A DNA stretch of 63,987 nucleotides from NCBI GenBank assembly GCA_040219255.1, contig JAVJSW010000054.1, positions 1 to 63,987 on the forward strand, in the 5' to 3' direction. Position 1 is the first letter of the stretch, and the number at the start of each line of letters is the position of its first letter. The stretch comes from Sumerlaeia bacterium (GTDB lineage Bacteria > Sumerlaeota > Sumerlaeia > SLMS01 > JAHLLQ01). Below are positions 20,490 through 30,321 of the stretch, piece by piece. The position numbers and the translations under genes are program-made. The notes beneath the pieces are model-generated. The model ran no database searches, was not told where the DNA came from, and worked only from the letters and a program-made list of their open reading frames with translations.

Positions 20490-21911
20490 TCCCACATCCC
20501 GTACGCAACGCGCCACGCATTCAATATGGTACGTCTGCGGGAACATGTCCACCGGACAGAGCCGTTCGATGCGATAGCCTTCTTCGATGAGCTGCTCGAA
20601 ATCGCGGGCCATGGTCGTCGGATTGCAGGACACATACACCAGCACCGGCGCGTGCAGCCGCGCCAGTTGCGCCAGGGCTTTCTTCGCCATGCCGGCCCGC
20701 GGCGGATCGACCACCACCCGGTCCAGCGGCCCCGGCACGCTGCCCAGCAGTTTTGGCAACGTCATCGCCATGTCGCCCGCCATAAACGTGCAGTTTGACA
20801 AGCCATTGCGCCGCGCGTTTTCCCGCGCGTCCCAGATCGCTTCCTTGATAAGTTCAATGCCATAGATGTGATCGCACTGATCCGCGCAGAACTGCCCGAT
20901 CGTCCCCGTGCCGCAGTACGCGTCCAGCAACCGCTCGCGCCCCGTCAGAGCCAGATACTTCTTCGCCACCGTGTACAACTCGACCGCGCCGCGGGTGTTG
21001 GTCTGGAAGAAGGAGGCCAGGGAAATCTGGAACTTCAGGTCTCCCAGCCGCTCCTCAAGCAAGTCCTCGCCCCACGACCCCATCACCTCTTCCGCCCGCG
21101 CCACGTCGCTCTTGCCCGAGTTCAGCCCCCACACAAAACCCTTCACCGCCGGGCAGGCGTCCGTCAGCGCCGTGCGGAACGCATCGAAATCCACGCCCTT
21201 CGGCTCGGCCGTCAGCAGCGCCACCAGCACCCGCTGCTCGTGATCGCTCCATCGCAGCACCAACTGGCGCAGATTGCCCTCGTGGCGCGACGGGTTCCAG
21301 GCGGTCAATCCCTGCCGCTCGCCCTCGGCCCGCGCGGCGTCCAGCAGCGGATTCAGCACATCGGGCATCAACCAACAGCGCTCGATATTGAGGACCGACC
21401 GCCAATTGCCCGGCGTATGGAAGCCCAGCTTCAACGGCCCCTGACCGAATTCGCGGCCAAAGGTGAACTCCATCTTGTTGCGATAGTGGAACGTGCTTGG
21501 GCTCGGCACCAGCGGATCGGCGATCACCGTCTCCGGGTCCAGCCCCTTCACGCCGCGCAGCGCATCGCGCACGATCTGCTCTTTCCAGCGGCGCTGCTCC
21601 TCGATCGGCAGATGCTGCCAACTGCACCCGCCGCAGGTTCCGAAATGCGAGCAGGGCGGCTCGGCTCGTCCCGGAGCGGGGGTCAACACTTCCTCCAGCT
21701 CGGCCTCCGCAAAGGACGACTTCGCCTTCGTCACCCGCGCCCGCACCCGGTCGCCCGGCGCCGTGTAGGGCACGAAGACCACGAAATTATCCACCCGTCC
21801 CACACCCCGGCCACCATAGGCGAGGCCGTGGATATCCACGTCGATCAGTTCCTGCTTCTGCAGGCGGCGTTTTTTCTTCGGGGACTGGGGGGGCGAGGCG
21901 TCGGGGGAAAT
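20487..21911 (-). CDS. rlmD: 23S rRNA (uracil-1939-C5)-methyltransferase
   Basis: TRAM domain, CSHFGTCGGC Fe-S motif, YRNKMEF, FFQTN, DAYCGTG, DPPRAG, YVSCNP, DMFPQTYHIE; start uncertain (ATT at 21911 proposed, GTG at 21839 in track). Confidence 0.92.
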   Translation of the reverse strand: MSPDASPPQSPKKKRRLQKQELIDVDIHGLAYGGRGVGRVDNFVVFVPYTAPGDRVRARVTKAKSSFAEAELEEVLTPAPGRAEPPCSHFGTCGGCSWQHLPIEEQRRWKEQIVRDALRGVKGLDPETVIADPLVPSPSTFHYRNKMEFTFGREFGQGPLKLGFHTPGNWRSVLNIERCWLMPDVLNPLLDAARAEGERQGLTAWNPSRHEGNLRQLVLRWSDHEQRVLVALLTAEPKGVDFDAFRTALTDACPAVKGFVWGLNSGKSDVARAEEVMGSWGEDLLEERLGDLKFQISLASFFQTNTRGAVELYTVAKKYLALTGRERLLDAYCGTGTIGQFCADQCDHIYGIELIKEAIWDARENARRNGLSNCTFMAGDMAMTLPKLLGSVPGPLDRVVVDPPRAGMAKKALAQLARLHAPVLVYVSCNPTTMARDFEQLIEEGYRIERLCPVDMFPQTYHIECVARCVRDVG

Positions 21912-21942
21912 GGGCGGGGGCTCCGGGGTGGGGGTGGCGGGA

Positions 21943-22474
21943 TTTTACCACAGAGGGCACAGAGGACAGCGGTTAGACAGAGGGTGTGGCAGGGGAAGTG
22001 AACGCGGCATCGGGAAGGCCGTCAAGGGGCGAGGGCGGCGAGCCACGCAGCAAGAACAGACTTTTGCGGCGTCTTTCGGCAGGAGTAGCATTCCCCCACC
22101 ACCTCGCCATCGGACTCGAACCAGTACTCGCCCCACCCATGAATGGCATCGGGAAAGGGTGTTTCGCAGTAACTGATCTCGTCCGAATCGAAGATGTGAA
22201 CAAACTCCTTCGAGCCTGGCGGAGGCTGCAATTCGCCAGCCAGCAGGTCGGCCAACTGCCCCAAAGCCCGATGCCCTCCTGGCGACCACTTCGCCCAGAG
22301 AAGCACGATGCGGCACCCTTGATGCGTCTTCAGTTCCTCGGCACGAGAAAGCCAAATCCAATCCGGCTCCGGAAAGAACCGCACATCTTCGTAACCGATC
22401 ACACTAGCCTCAAACCAGCCATCACGGCTATCCACGCACAGAACATCTCCGTGCCTCTCTGTCTCTGTGGTGAA
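21943..22474. repeat. Inverted repeat pair enclosing a small ORF
   Basis: Left TTTTACCACAGAGGGCACAGAGG (21943-21965); right CTCCGTGCCTCTCTGTCTCTGTGGTGAA (22447-22474). Confidence 0.8.
22022..22435 (-). CDS. Hypothetical 137-aa protein, thioredoxin-like without CxxC
   Basis: RIVLLWAKWSPGG resembles the thioredoxin b2-a2 motif; lower GC than neighbours. Confidence 0.55.
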   Translation of the reverse strand: MDSRDGWFEASVIGYEDVRFFPEPDWIWLSRAEELKTHQGCRIVLLWAKWSPGGHRALGQLADLLAGELQPPPGSKEFVHIFDSDEISYCETPFPDAIHGWGEYWFESDGEVVGECYSCRKTPQKSVLAAWLAALAP

Positions 22475-24268
22475 TTACTTCTTCTTTTTCTTCTTATCCA
22501 TCGCCTGCTTCAGCAGATCCCCGAAGGCCCCGCCCGCGGCGGCCGATTCCTGCTCCGCCTGCTTCATGTAGGCTTTGATGTTTTCCTGCTCCATCTGGCG
22601 GATCGCCTGGCGGCGCGAGAGACTGATCCGGCCGCGGTCCGCATCCACCGAGAGCACCTTCACCGGGATTTCGTCATCCACGCGCACCACTCGCTCCGGC
22701 GAATCGACCCGCTCTTCGTCGAGTTCGCTCACGTGAACGAGACCGTCGAGGTTTTCCGCCACCTGGACAAACGCCCCGAAGGGCGCCAGCCGCGTGACCT
22801 TGGCGGTGAAGACCGAACCGACCGGGTGGGCCTCCATGAAGGCGTCCAGCGGCGACTGCTGCAACTGCTTCAGACCCAGGCTGATGCGGCGGCGGTCGCG
22901 GTCCAGTTCCAGCACCCGGACCTCGATCTCTTGCCCTTCATCCAGGTACTCGCTCGGATGGTTCGGGCGCTTGCCCCAGGCCAGATCTCCGATGTGCAGC
23001 AGCCCTTCGGTGTACCCGTCGAACTTCACGAACGCGCCAAAGTCGGTGATGCGGCTCACGATGCCCTTCTGGCGCGACCCGGCCGGGTAGCGCGCTTCCA
23101 CATCGGTCCAGGGGTCGCGGCTCAGGTGCTTGAGCGACAGCGACAGGCGCCGGTTCTGCTGGTCGATTTCCAGCACTTGGCAGGTCACCTGATCGCCCTC
23201 GCGGAACTTCTCTTTCGTCGAAACCTGCTCCGTCTCCCAGGAAAAATCCCGCGCGTGCAGCAGCCCCGTCAGCCCTTCCTCAAGATTCACGAACGCACCG
23301 TAGTCCTCGACCCGAGCCACCGTGCCGGACACGTTCGCCCCCACCGGGTAGTTCTCTTCCACATGGAGCCACGGATCGACGTTGAGGCGTTTGCGCGACA
23401 GCGTCACCTTGCCCGTGTCCGCGTTCACGTCCAGGATTTTCGCTTCGATTTCCTGACCCGGCTGGATCTGGTCAGCGGGCGACACACCCCGCTCGTAAGA
23501 CCACTCGCTGCGCGGTAGAAGCGCCTCGACCGGCCCGATATTCACGAAGACACCGAAATCCAGAACGTCGCGCACCGTGCCCTTGACTTTCTGGCCCGGC
23601 TTCAACTCCGTCAGGAATCCAGCCCGCTGGCTCTCGCGCCGTTCCTGCAGAAGCTGGCGCCGCGACACCAGCGCCCGGCCCCGCGATTCGTCGTACTCCA
23701 GAACGTACGCTTCGATTTCCTGACCCACCAGGCTGTCCAGATTCTCCACCCGCATCGTGTCCACCTGGCTGGCGGGCATAAAGCAATCCATGCCGCAATC
23801 GACGATCACGCCGCCCTTCACCACCCGGGTAATGCGGCCGCGCACCGGCAGCCGGCGCTCGGCCGCTTCCGAGAGCGCGCCCTTCGCTTCCTCAATGCGG
23901 GCCTTGCGATGACTCAGGATCGCGTTCCCCTCATCATCGTAACCCAGCAGCATCACCCGCACCTGGTCGCCCGCCTTCACCGTCGGCACGCCCTTGGGCC
24001 CGGCGAATTCGTTCATCGACAGCGTGCTTTCCGCCTTGCCGCCGAAATCCACCAGCACCGCGTCGTCGAGCAGGCCGACCACCACCGCGTCGAAGAGTTC
24101 GCCACTCGATTGCTTGCCACCGCCCGAAGGCAGGTGCGCGTTCAGCAGCGCCTCGAAATCTTCGTCGTCATCGTCCGCGGGAGCGGCGCCCGGCCGCGCC
24201 TTGGCGGTCATCGCCTTCTCCTTGGGATCATCGATGTAATCGGGGGCGTTGCGCAGATCGTCAGCCAT
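22475..24268 (-). CDS. rpsA: 30S ribosomal protein S1
   Basis: Six S1 repeats (FMPASQVD, DFGVFV, YGAFV, GLLH, ISLGLKQ). Confidence 0.95.
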   Translation of the reverse strand: MADDLRNAPDYIDDPKEKAMTAKARPGAAPADDDDEDFEALLNAHLPSGGGKQSSGELFDAVVVGLLDDAVLVDFGGKAESTLSMNEFAGPKGVPTVKAGDQVRVMLLGYDDEGNAILSHRKARIEEAKGALSEAAERRLPVRGRITRVVKGGVIVDCGMDCFMPASQVDTMRVENLDSLVGQEIEAYVLEYDESRGRALVSRRQLLQERRESQRAGFLTELKPGQKVKGTVRDVLDFGVFVNIGPVEALLPRSEWSYERGVSPADQIQPGQEIEAKILDVNADTGKVTLSRKRLNVDPWLHVEENYPVGANVSGTVARVEDYGAFVNLEEGLTGLLHARDFSWETEQVSTKEKFREGDQVTCQVLEIDQQNRRLSLSLKHLSRDPWTDVEARYPAGSRQKGIVSRITDFGAFVKFDGYTEGLLHIGDLAWGKRPNHPSEYLDEGQEIEVRVLELDRDRRRISLGLKQLQQSPLDAFMEAHPVGSVFTAKVTRLAPFGAFVQVAENLDGLVHVSELDEERVDSPERVVRVDDEIPVKVLSVDADRGRISLSRRQAIRQMEQENIKAYMKQAEQESAAAGGAFGDLLKQAMDKKKKKK

Positions 24269-24433
24269 GGAAGTGGGGTCTCTGTGGTTGGAGGTTGGAG
24301 GAATCAGAAAAGCCTGACCGAACGCCCCATCGGAATGGAGCGTAAAGGGCCGCCACGGTGCCCCTTCGCCGCGCGCTCGTCAAGCGGGTCCTTTGTGTGG
24401 GTGAGAAAGTTCGACGCACCACGCCACGCACGG

Positions 24434-24467
24434 AAAAGGCCCCGCCGGAACTCCCGCGGGGCCTCTT
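24434..24467 (-). terminator. Terminator of fasciclin gene
   Basis: Minus AAGAGGCCCCGCGGGAGTTCCGGCGGGGCCTTTT. Confidence 0.75.
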
Positions 24468-24555
24468 CGTTTCCGAACTCGATTCTCAATGACCAATCAA
24501 TCAATCGTGCTGGTCAATCAACGCATCTGAACGCAATGAATGCTTGCCGCGTGGA

Positions 24556-25560
24556 TCAGTAGGCCGACGGCTTCGAGGCTGGCTTGGAAGCCGCCACCTC
24601 GTCCTTCGCGCTCGGCAGCAACACCCCATCGATGACGTGAATGACGCCGTTGGCCGCTTCGATGTCCGTCTGCACGATCTTAGCGCCATTGACCATCGCC
24701 ACGCCGTCCTTCACCACGATCTTCAGGTCGCCGCCTTCGAGCGTCGTGGCCGACCCCGCCTTCAGCGCCTGATCGGAGTAGATCCGGCCCGGCACCACGT
24801 GGTACTTCAGAATGCCCGCCAGTTGATCCTTGGCGCCCGGCTCGAGCAAACCTTCCACCGTGCCATCCGGCAGCGCCGCGAAGGCCGCGTCCGTCGGTGC
24901 GAAAATCGTAAAGGGACCCTCGCCGCGAAGCGCTTCGGCAAGACCCGCGGCGCCGACCGCCGCGCCAAGCGTGTTGAAATCCTCATGCGCCATCGCCAAG
25001 TCCACCAGGTCCTTCGACTCCGGCAGAATCACCGCGTCGATCACATGGATGATACCGTTGCTGGCTTTGATGTCGGTGGCCACGACGTTCGCGCCATCCA
25101 CTTTCACTCCCGCATCGGTCACTTCGATGTCGACGCGCTGACCGTTCAGCGTCTCCGCGTGGTCCAATTCGACCACGTTCTTCGCCTTCACCTTGCCGGA
25201 AACGACGTGATAGGTGAGAATGGAAACCAGCAACTCCTTATTCTCCGGCTTGAGAAGCGTCTCTACCGTGCCTTCCGGCAGCGCCGCGAAGGCCTCGTCC
25301 GTCGGAGCGAACACCGTGAAAGGGCCCTCGCCCTTCAACGCATCCACCAGCCCGGCGGCCTGCACCGCCGCCACCAGCGTGTTGAAGCCATCGGCGGCGA
25401 CCGCCGTTTCTACGATATCGGCTTTTGGCTTCTCCGCGTCTTTTGTCCCGTGATGGTCGGCGAAGGCCCCCGAGGGGGCCGCCATCGGAAGGGTCAAGGC
25501 CAGCGCCGTCGCGCAAAGCCCCGGAAACCATTTCGTGAGGTTCGTTTGCAATCCGTTCAT
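24556..25560 (-). CDS. Secreted fasciclin (two FAS1 domains) protein
   Basis: Two GPFT(V/I)FAPTD-AF and NG(I/V)IHVID motifs, signal peptide. Confidence 0.93.
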   Translation of the reverse strand: MNGLQTNLTKWFPGLCATALALTLPMAAPSGAFADHHGTKDAEKPKADIVETAVAADGFNTLVAAVQAAGLVDALKGEGPFTVFAPTDEAFAALPEGTVETLLKPENKELLVSILTYHVVSGKVKAKNVVELDHAETLNGQRVDIEVTDAGVKVDGANVVATDIKASNGIIHVIDAVILPESKDLVDLAMAHEDFNTLGAAVGAAGLAEALRGEGPFTIFAPTDAAFAALPDGTVEGLLEPGAKDQLAGILKYHVVPGRIYSDQALKAGSATTLEGGDLKIVVKDGVAMVNGAKIVQTDIEAANGVIHVIDGVLLPSAKDEVAASKPASKPSAY

Positions 25561-25748
25561 CGGTTACCTGCCAATCGTCTTGAAGAATGTGAGTGCGAGA
25601 CCCGCTGCCCGATTCTGCGCGGGAATCGAGCGGGAGCCTCGGATGGACGAGATGACCAGACTTCTAGGTACAATCCCCGGGGAAAACCTAGTCAATCCGT
25701 CCAGGACACATTCAACTGCAACGACGGTGCCAATGACGAAAAGATTCG

Positions 25749-25976
25749 TCAGAACAGGGCGTAGAGGAACGGACTGACGGCCGGGTTCGAGGCCGTGAAA
25801 ATCACCAGCCCCATGAGAATAAGCAGGAAAATCAGTGGCGCCATGGCCCACGCCCGCCGCGCCACCACATAGTGCACGACCCACCCCAGAATGCGCAGGT
25901 GCCATGCGACAAAATAACCCACGCGGCGCCAACTGGGCAACCCTGTCGCGCGATCCAAAGACCCTCTCTCATTCAT
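25749..25976 (-). CDS. Small membrane protein, DUF5989-like
   Basis: C-terminus RRAWAMAPLIFLLILMGLVIFTASNPAVSPFLYALF fits the xPFxYxLF family signature. Confidence 0.7.
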   Translation of the reverse strand: MNERGSLDRATGLPSWRRVGYFVAWHLRILGWVVHYVVARRAWAMAPLIFLLILMGLVIFTASNPAVSPFLYALF

Positions 25977-26038
25977 CGACGGCAAAAGCTCCTACTCTCG
26001 CAAAAATCTAGACAAAACGCGGGCATTTCGTCCAGTTA

Positions 26039-28648
26039 TCAGACCCCCTCCGGCGGCTCCGGCGGCGGGCCCTTCTTGCCCCCTCGAATCCAAGCCTGCC
26101 GCTCCTGCATGTACTGCCGCTTCAGCTCCAGCGCGCTCACGCCGCCGATGCCTCCACCGCCCCCTCCGGGGCCACCCTCGTTGTCCGGTTCCTCGTCCGT
26201 CACCAGACCGCCCTCCACCTGCGCGGTCTTCAGCGCCAGCCGCAGCCGGTGCTTCACATCCGCGCTGTCGGTCGATTTCACGAATTCCACCAGTTTGGAT
26301 TTCACCTCGGGCCGCGCCGGACCGATGGCTTTCAGCAGCTTCGGAGCCGCACCCCGCATCGCCGCGCTCTTGTGCTCGAACAGCAGCAGCGCCTTCTCCA
26401 CCACCTCGTCGCGCTTATAGCCTGGCTGTTTCGGGTCCGTGTACTCCTGCAAGGTCCCGATCGCCGCGTTGACCACCATTTGGTCCTTGTCGCCCAGATT
26501 CTCGAACACCGCGTCGATCGATTCGAGCGGCGTATGCACCCCGGCCCGGCGCAGCGCGTCGATCTTGGCCAGCCGCCGCTTGCTCGCCCCCTTCAGCAGA
26601 TAGGACGCGCTCAAAGCCTTGTTCAGTTTGCGCACTTCGGCCATCGGCAATTCGCCGTCGGGGGCTTGCTCCGCTTCCGCCGCCGCGCCCGCGCCCTTCT
26701 CCTTCGCCTTCTCCGGCTTCAGGTGCTTGGCCAGCGTCTTTTGCGTTTCCGGCCCGGGCGAGCGCATCCGCCCGCTGGCGATCTGGCTCTGGATACGCCC
26801 CAGCAGATCCTCCGCCTGCGAACCGCCCACCGCCGCCGCCGCCTCGATCAGAGGCGCCACCACCACGTCCCGCGTCAGCGGCTTCCGCGTCTGGCTCGTC
26901 GCGTCCCAGTAAGTCTCCTGCTTGTACGCGTTTCCCTGATCCTCGTGCATCAAAGCCGTCAGGATCATCTTATCGATCAGCCCCAGCGCCTTCTCCGACT
27001 CCAGATTTTCCAGCACCTCCGCCACCGCCAGGAACGCCCCGCTGTATCGCGCCGACTTCTTCTCCAGCGCCTCCAGCGTGTAATCCACGTCTTCCTTGCC
27101 CAGGCGCACCAGAGACTTCGCCATCGGTGCCCGCGTCCCCAGAATATTGGCCTGCCGCTCGCCTCCTTTGTGCATCTCCGTGCTCTGGTCCTGGATCCAC
27201 AACGCCTCCACCAGCGCGTCGATCGCCCAGCGCCGCTGCTTCGCGTCCAGAGCGTCCGCCTTCGCCGAAACCACCTCCGTCACCGCCGCCGCCACCAGCG
27301 GCTGCACGTTCTCCGGCGTCAGCGAAATGACCTCCTGGATCACCTGAACGCGCTGCTTCTCCTCCGTCCGCGGACTGCGCACGATGCGCCCCAGCCCCGC
27401 CAGGATCCGCGTCGCGTCCGCCAGAGTCTTTGGATCGAGCACGTTCTCCGTCATCCGGAAGTTGTTGATGTCCAGCCGCTTCTTGCCGACCTTGCCGATG
27501 ATCGCCCGTAATTCCTCCAGCAGCGTGTCCGCCGCCTCCGCGCTCGCCAGATTGCCCAGCGCCGTCGCCGCCTCGCTGCGCAATTCCTTGTTGCGCGAAA
27601 GCGCCATGAAAAAGTCGGAGTACTCGTCGCACCGCAGCGCACCCATGAACTCCACGATCGCGGAAGCGTGCGGCCCCGCGAGTTGATCCTGGGCCCATTG
27701 GCGATACAGCCGCGTGAAAAACGCATTCTGGCCGATTTCCATGAAGACCATCGCCGTGGCCTTCTTCGCCGTGTAGCCCATCTCGGCGTAGGAGCGTCCC
27801 TCGATCCCCGCCGCTTTCGCCGTCGATGCCGTTTCCTTCGGGATGAAATCCGTCAGGATCAGTGTCGCGTCCGTCAGCAGGTCCGGTTCCTGGAGCCAGA
27901 TCGGCACCCGCAGCACGGTGCGGAACAGATCGCCCACGGTACGCAGATCCGCTTCCTCCGGCTCGCCCATCTTGTTCTTCCCCGGCATCGCTTGCAGAAC
28001 GGTCACCTGGGCGTCCTTCAACTGCTGAGTCCACTGGTTTTCCAGGTTCTCGATGTTGGCGCCCATCATCTTGCTGTGGCGGTCGTCCTTGGCGATCTTC
28101 ATCTGATCCGCCAGCTCCGCCGTCAGCCCATAAGTCTCCGGGTCCTTGCGCACCAGCCGCAGCAGGTAATCCGCCTCCTTGGGCTGGTTCAGGAGCGTGC
28201 CGAGCACATTGCCGGTATAGAGCGCCCGCTGCCGCACCTCCTCCACGTCGCCCGCCTCCGCGGCGGGCCGGCAAAGCTCACGCACATGCTCCACCGCCGT
28301 GTGCCAGTCCTTGGCCCGCACCGCGTTGCGCAGCTCGCGCGCCAGCCGCTCCTCGTACACCGACCGCAGTTTCGGCTCCCATTCCTCCGTCATCGTGATC
28401 AGGCGCCCCACCGCCTTCTGCACCAGCGGCCCGATTTCGCTGCCGAGCGCATCGGCGCCCTGCACGAACTCGTGCACCGGATCCGCGATCAGGTCGCGAT
28501 AGACCGTGCCGACGGTTTTGGCGATGGCGATTCCGGCTTCCCGGCCATCGCTCTTGTGGGCCTTGGCATAGGCCTTCGCCGCGGTCAACGCGGCGGGCAC
28601 GTTTCCATGGCGGAGGGATTGATCCAGCGGTTCGAGCAAATCGGACAT
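26039..28648 (-). CDS. 869-aa alpha-helical (HEAT-like) hypothetical protein
   Basis: Long ORF with Ala/Leu/Glu-rich helices and HEAT-like units (EAATALGNL, NAAIGTL, GAAPKLLKAIG). Confidence 0.8.
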   Translation of the reverse strand: MSDLLEPLDQSLRHGNVPAALTAAKAYAKAHKSDGREAGIAIAKTVGTVYRDLIADPVHEFVQGADALGSEIGPLVQKAVGRLITMTEEWEPKLRSVYEERLARELRNAVRAKDWHTAVEHVRELCRPAAEAGDVEEVRQRALYTGNVLGTLLNQPKEADYLLRLVRKDPETYGLTAELADQMKIAKDDRHSKMMGANIENLENQWTQQLKDAQVTVLQAMPGKNKMGEPEEADLRTVGDLFRTVLRVPIWLQEPDLLTDATLILTDFIPKETASTAKAAGIEGRSYAEMGYTAKKATAMVFMEIGQNAFFTRLYRQWAQDQLAGPHASAIVEFMGALRCDEYSDFFMALSRNKELRSEAATALGNLASAEAADTLLEELRAIIGKVGKKRLDINNFRMTENVLDPKTLADATRILAGLGRIVRSPRTEEKQRVQVIQEVISLTPENVQPLVAAAVTEVVSAKADALDAKQRRWAIDALVEALWIQDQSTEMHKGGERQANILGTRAPMAKSLVRLGKEDVDYTLEALEKKSARYSGAFLAVAEVLENLESEKALGLIDKMILTALMHEDQGNAYKQETYWDATSQTRKPLTRDVVVAPLIEAAAAVGGSQAEDLLGRIQSQIASGRMRSPGPETQKTLAKHLKPEKAKEKGAGAAAEAEQAPDGELPMAEVRKLNKALSASYLLKGASKRRLAKIDALRRAGVHTPLESIDAVFENLGDKDQMVVNAAIGTLQEYTDPKQPGYKRDEVVEKALLLFEHKSAAMRGAAPKLLKAIGPARPEVKSKLVEFVKSTDSADVKHRLRLALKTAQVEGGLVTDEEPDNEGGPGGGGGGIGGVSALELKRQYMQERQAWIRGGKKGPPPEPPEGV

Positions 28649-28851
28649 GTTTGGCCTAAGTCATGAATATGTAGAGATTTGGAGTTTGTTCGCATTGGGA
28701 GACGCGGAGGCCATTATCCCCAAACGTTGCAGCCATGCAACGCGAAAGAAAAAAATAACCCGCTTGGACTCCGCTGCGGGAAGTCTAAAGACCGCGCCGC
28801 CGCACCGCGCTTTAATAAATAAACGAATTTTCCAAGAAGGACGTCAACCGC

Positions 28852-29367
28852 TCAGGTGAAATCCCGGTACATCATGCTCGCGATCACCTCGCGCGAGCCC
28901 TGGTACTTACCCACGTACGACTCGATCTCGCCCTGCACCGTGTGATAGTAAATCTGGCAGATCGACGTCCCCGCATAAACCCGGATCGGATGGATGCAGT
29001 GCATCTCAAGCGTCCAGTTCCCGGCGAAGCCGACGTCGCCAAAGCCCGCCGTGACGTGAATGAACAACCCCAGCCGCCCAATGGACGACCGCCCCTCGAG
29101 CATCGGCACCAGCCCCTCGGTCCGGGTCCACTCCATCGTCTTCGCCAGATACAGGCGCCCCGGCTGCATTTCGAAGCCCTCGTCGGGAATCGTAATCTTG
29201 CGGGTCGTCGGCGCCTTCTTCATGTCCAGCACCTCGTCGTCGTACACCACCAGTTCATCGGCGAGCCGCAGATTGTACGAGTTCGGGTTCACGAAACGTT
29301 CCTCGAACGGCTCGATGAAAATCTGTGTGCCGAGCAACCGGCGAATCTCAGCCCCGGTCAGAATCAT
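28852..29367 (-). CDS. dcd: dCTP deaminase
   Basis: NPNSYNLRL, GRSSIGRLG, TAGFGDVGFAGNWTLE, ICQI, GKYQG. Confidence 0.95.
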   Translation of the reverse strand: MILTGAEIRRLLGTQIFIEPFEERFVNPNSYNLRLADELVVYDDEVLDMKKAPTTRKITIPDEGFEMQPGRLYLAKTMEWTRTEGLVPMLEGRSSIGRLGLFIHVTAGFGDVGFAGNWTLEMHCIHPIRVYAGTSICQIYYHTVQGEIESYVGKYQGSREVIASMMYRDFT

Positions 29368-29487
29368 GGCCGCGCCTCGTTTTCTTGAACAGAATGCCGC
29401 GCCCCAACGGCGCCAGCAGCAAGCAACCGCCACAGGCCCGGGGGAACAAGGCCAAAGGCGGAGAGTGGTGGTAGATCGATTTTGTGG

Positions 29488-29636
29488 CCGCAGATGAATG
29501 CGGATGAATACGGATCTCTTGCATGTGAGTTTTCTTCCCGAAGAATAAGCCTTTGGCAACGGCATGAGATTGAGTTTCCAGCACCCGCCGCTGACGGCGG
29601 AACTCACTCATCCTATTTATCTGTATTCATCTGCGG
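29488..29636. repeat. Inverted repeat element (CCGCAGATGAAT arms)
   Basis: CCGCAGATGAATGCGGATGAATACGGAT (29488-29515) pairs with ATCCTATTTATCTGTATTCATCTGCGG (29610-29636). Confidence 0.85.
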
Positions 29637-29640
29637 TCAA

Positions 29641-30321
29641 TTAAAAGCCCTCCCACGCCCCCACATCCTCCACCCGCCCAAAAGCCTCCAGCAGCCCATG
29701 GTCGTGGGTGACCATGACGAGCGTTGCCCCCGCTTCCTCCGCCTGGGCGCAGAGCAGTTCGAGAATCCGCCGTTTGCCCGCCGGGTCCAGGTTCCCCGTC
29801 GGCTCGTCGCACAGCAGCAGCCGCGGCCGCGCCAGAAGCGCGCGGCAAATCGCCACCCGCTGCTTCTCCCCATGGGAGAGTTTGAGCACGTTGCGGCGCA
29901 GCTTCCCCCCCAGCCCCATGCCCTCCGCCAGTTCGGCCGCCCTGGCCTTGGCCGCCGCATCGCGCCGAACCCCGGCCCCCATGGCGCAGGGCAACAGGAT
30001 GTTCTCGCGCACAGTCAAATATTCCACCAGTTCGAAACTCTGAAACACGAAACCGACCTGCCTCGCGCGAAACGCTCGCCGCCCCGCCTCGGTCAGCGCC
30101 CCCACATCCGTCCCCCCGACCATCACACGGCCGCGTTCGGGCGCCGCGATGCCGCTCATCAAGTGCAGCAGCGTCGTCTTGCCCGACCCGCTCGGCCCGA
30201 CGAAGGCCACGCGCTCGCCCGCCGCGATGCGCAGCGCCGGCACCCGCAGCCGAAAGTCCGACCCGCGATACGCGAACTCGACGCCCTCCAGCGCGATCTC
30301 GGCCCCGCCCCGTTCCGTCAC
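29641..30321 (-). CDS. ABC transporter ATP-binding protein (LolD/MacB-type)
   Basis: GPSGSGKT, FVFQSF, LSHGEKQR, LCDEPTGNLD, VTHD; GTG start overlaps the upstream stop. Confidence 0.92.
   Translation of the reverse strand: MTERGGAEIALEGVEFAYRGSDFRLRVPALRIAAGERVAFVGPSGSGKTTLLHLMSGIAAPERGRVMVGGTDVGALTEAGRRAFRARQVGFVFQSFELVEYLTVRENILLPCAMGAGVRRDAAAKARAAELAEGMGLGGKLRRNVLKLSHGEKQRVAICRALLARPRLLLCDEPTGNLDPAGKRRILELLCAQAEEAGATLVMVTHDHGLLEAFGRVEDVGAWEGF

Noticed and set aside
21943-22474. Integron attC cassette
   Set aside because: No RYYYAAC/GTTRRRY core sites in the expected layout and no integrase; arms flank both sides of the gene
25749-25976. Saxitoxin biosynthesis gene (sxtK-like)
   Set aside because: The family is widespread and no other sxt genes are present
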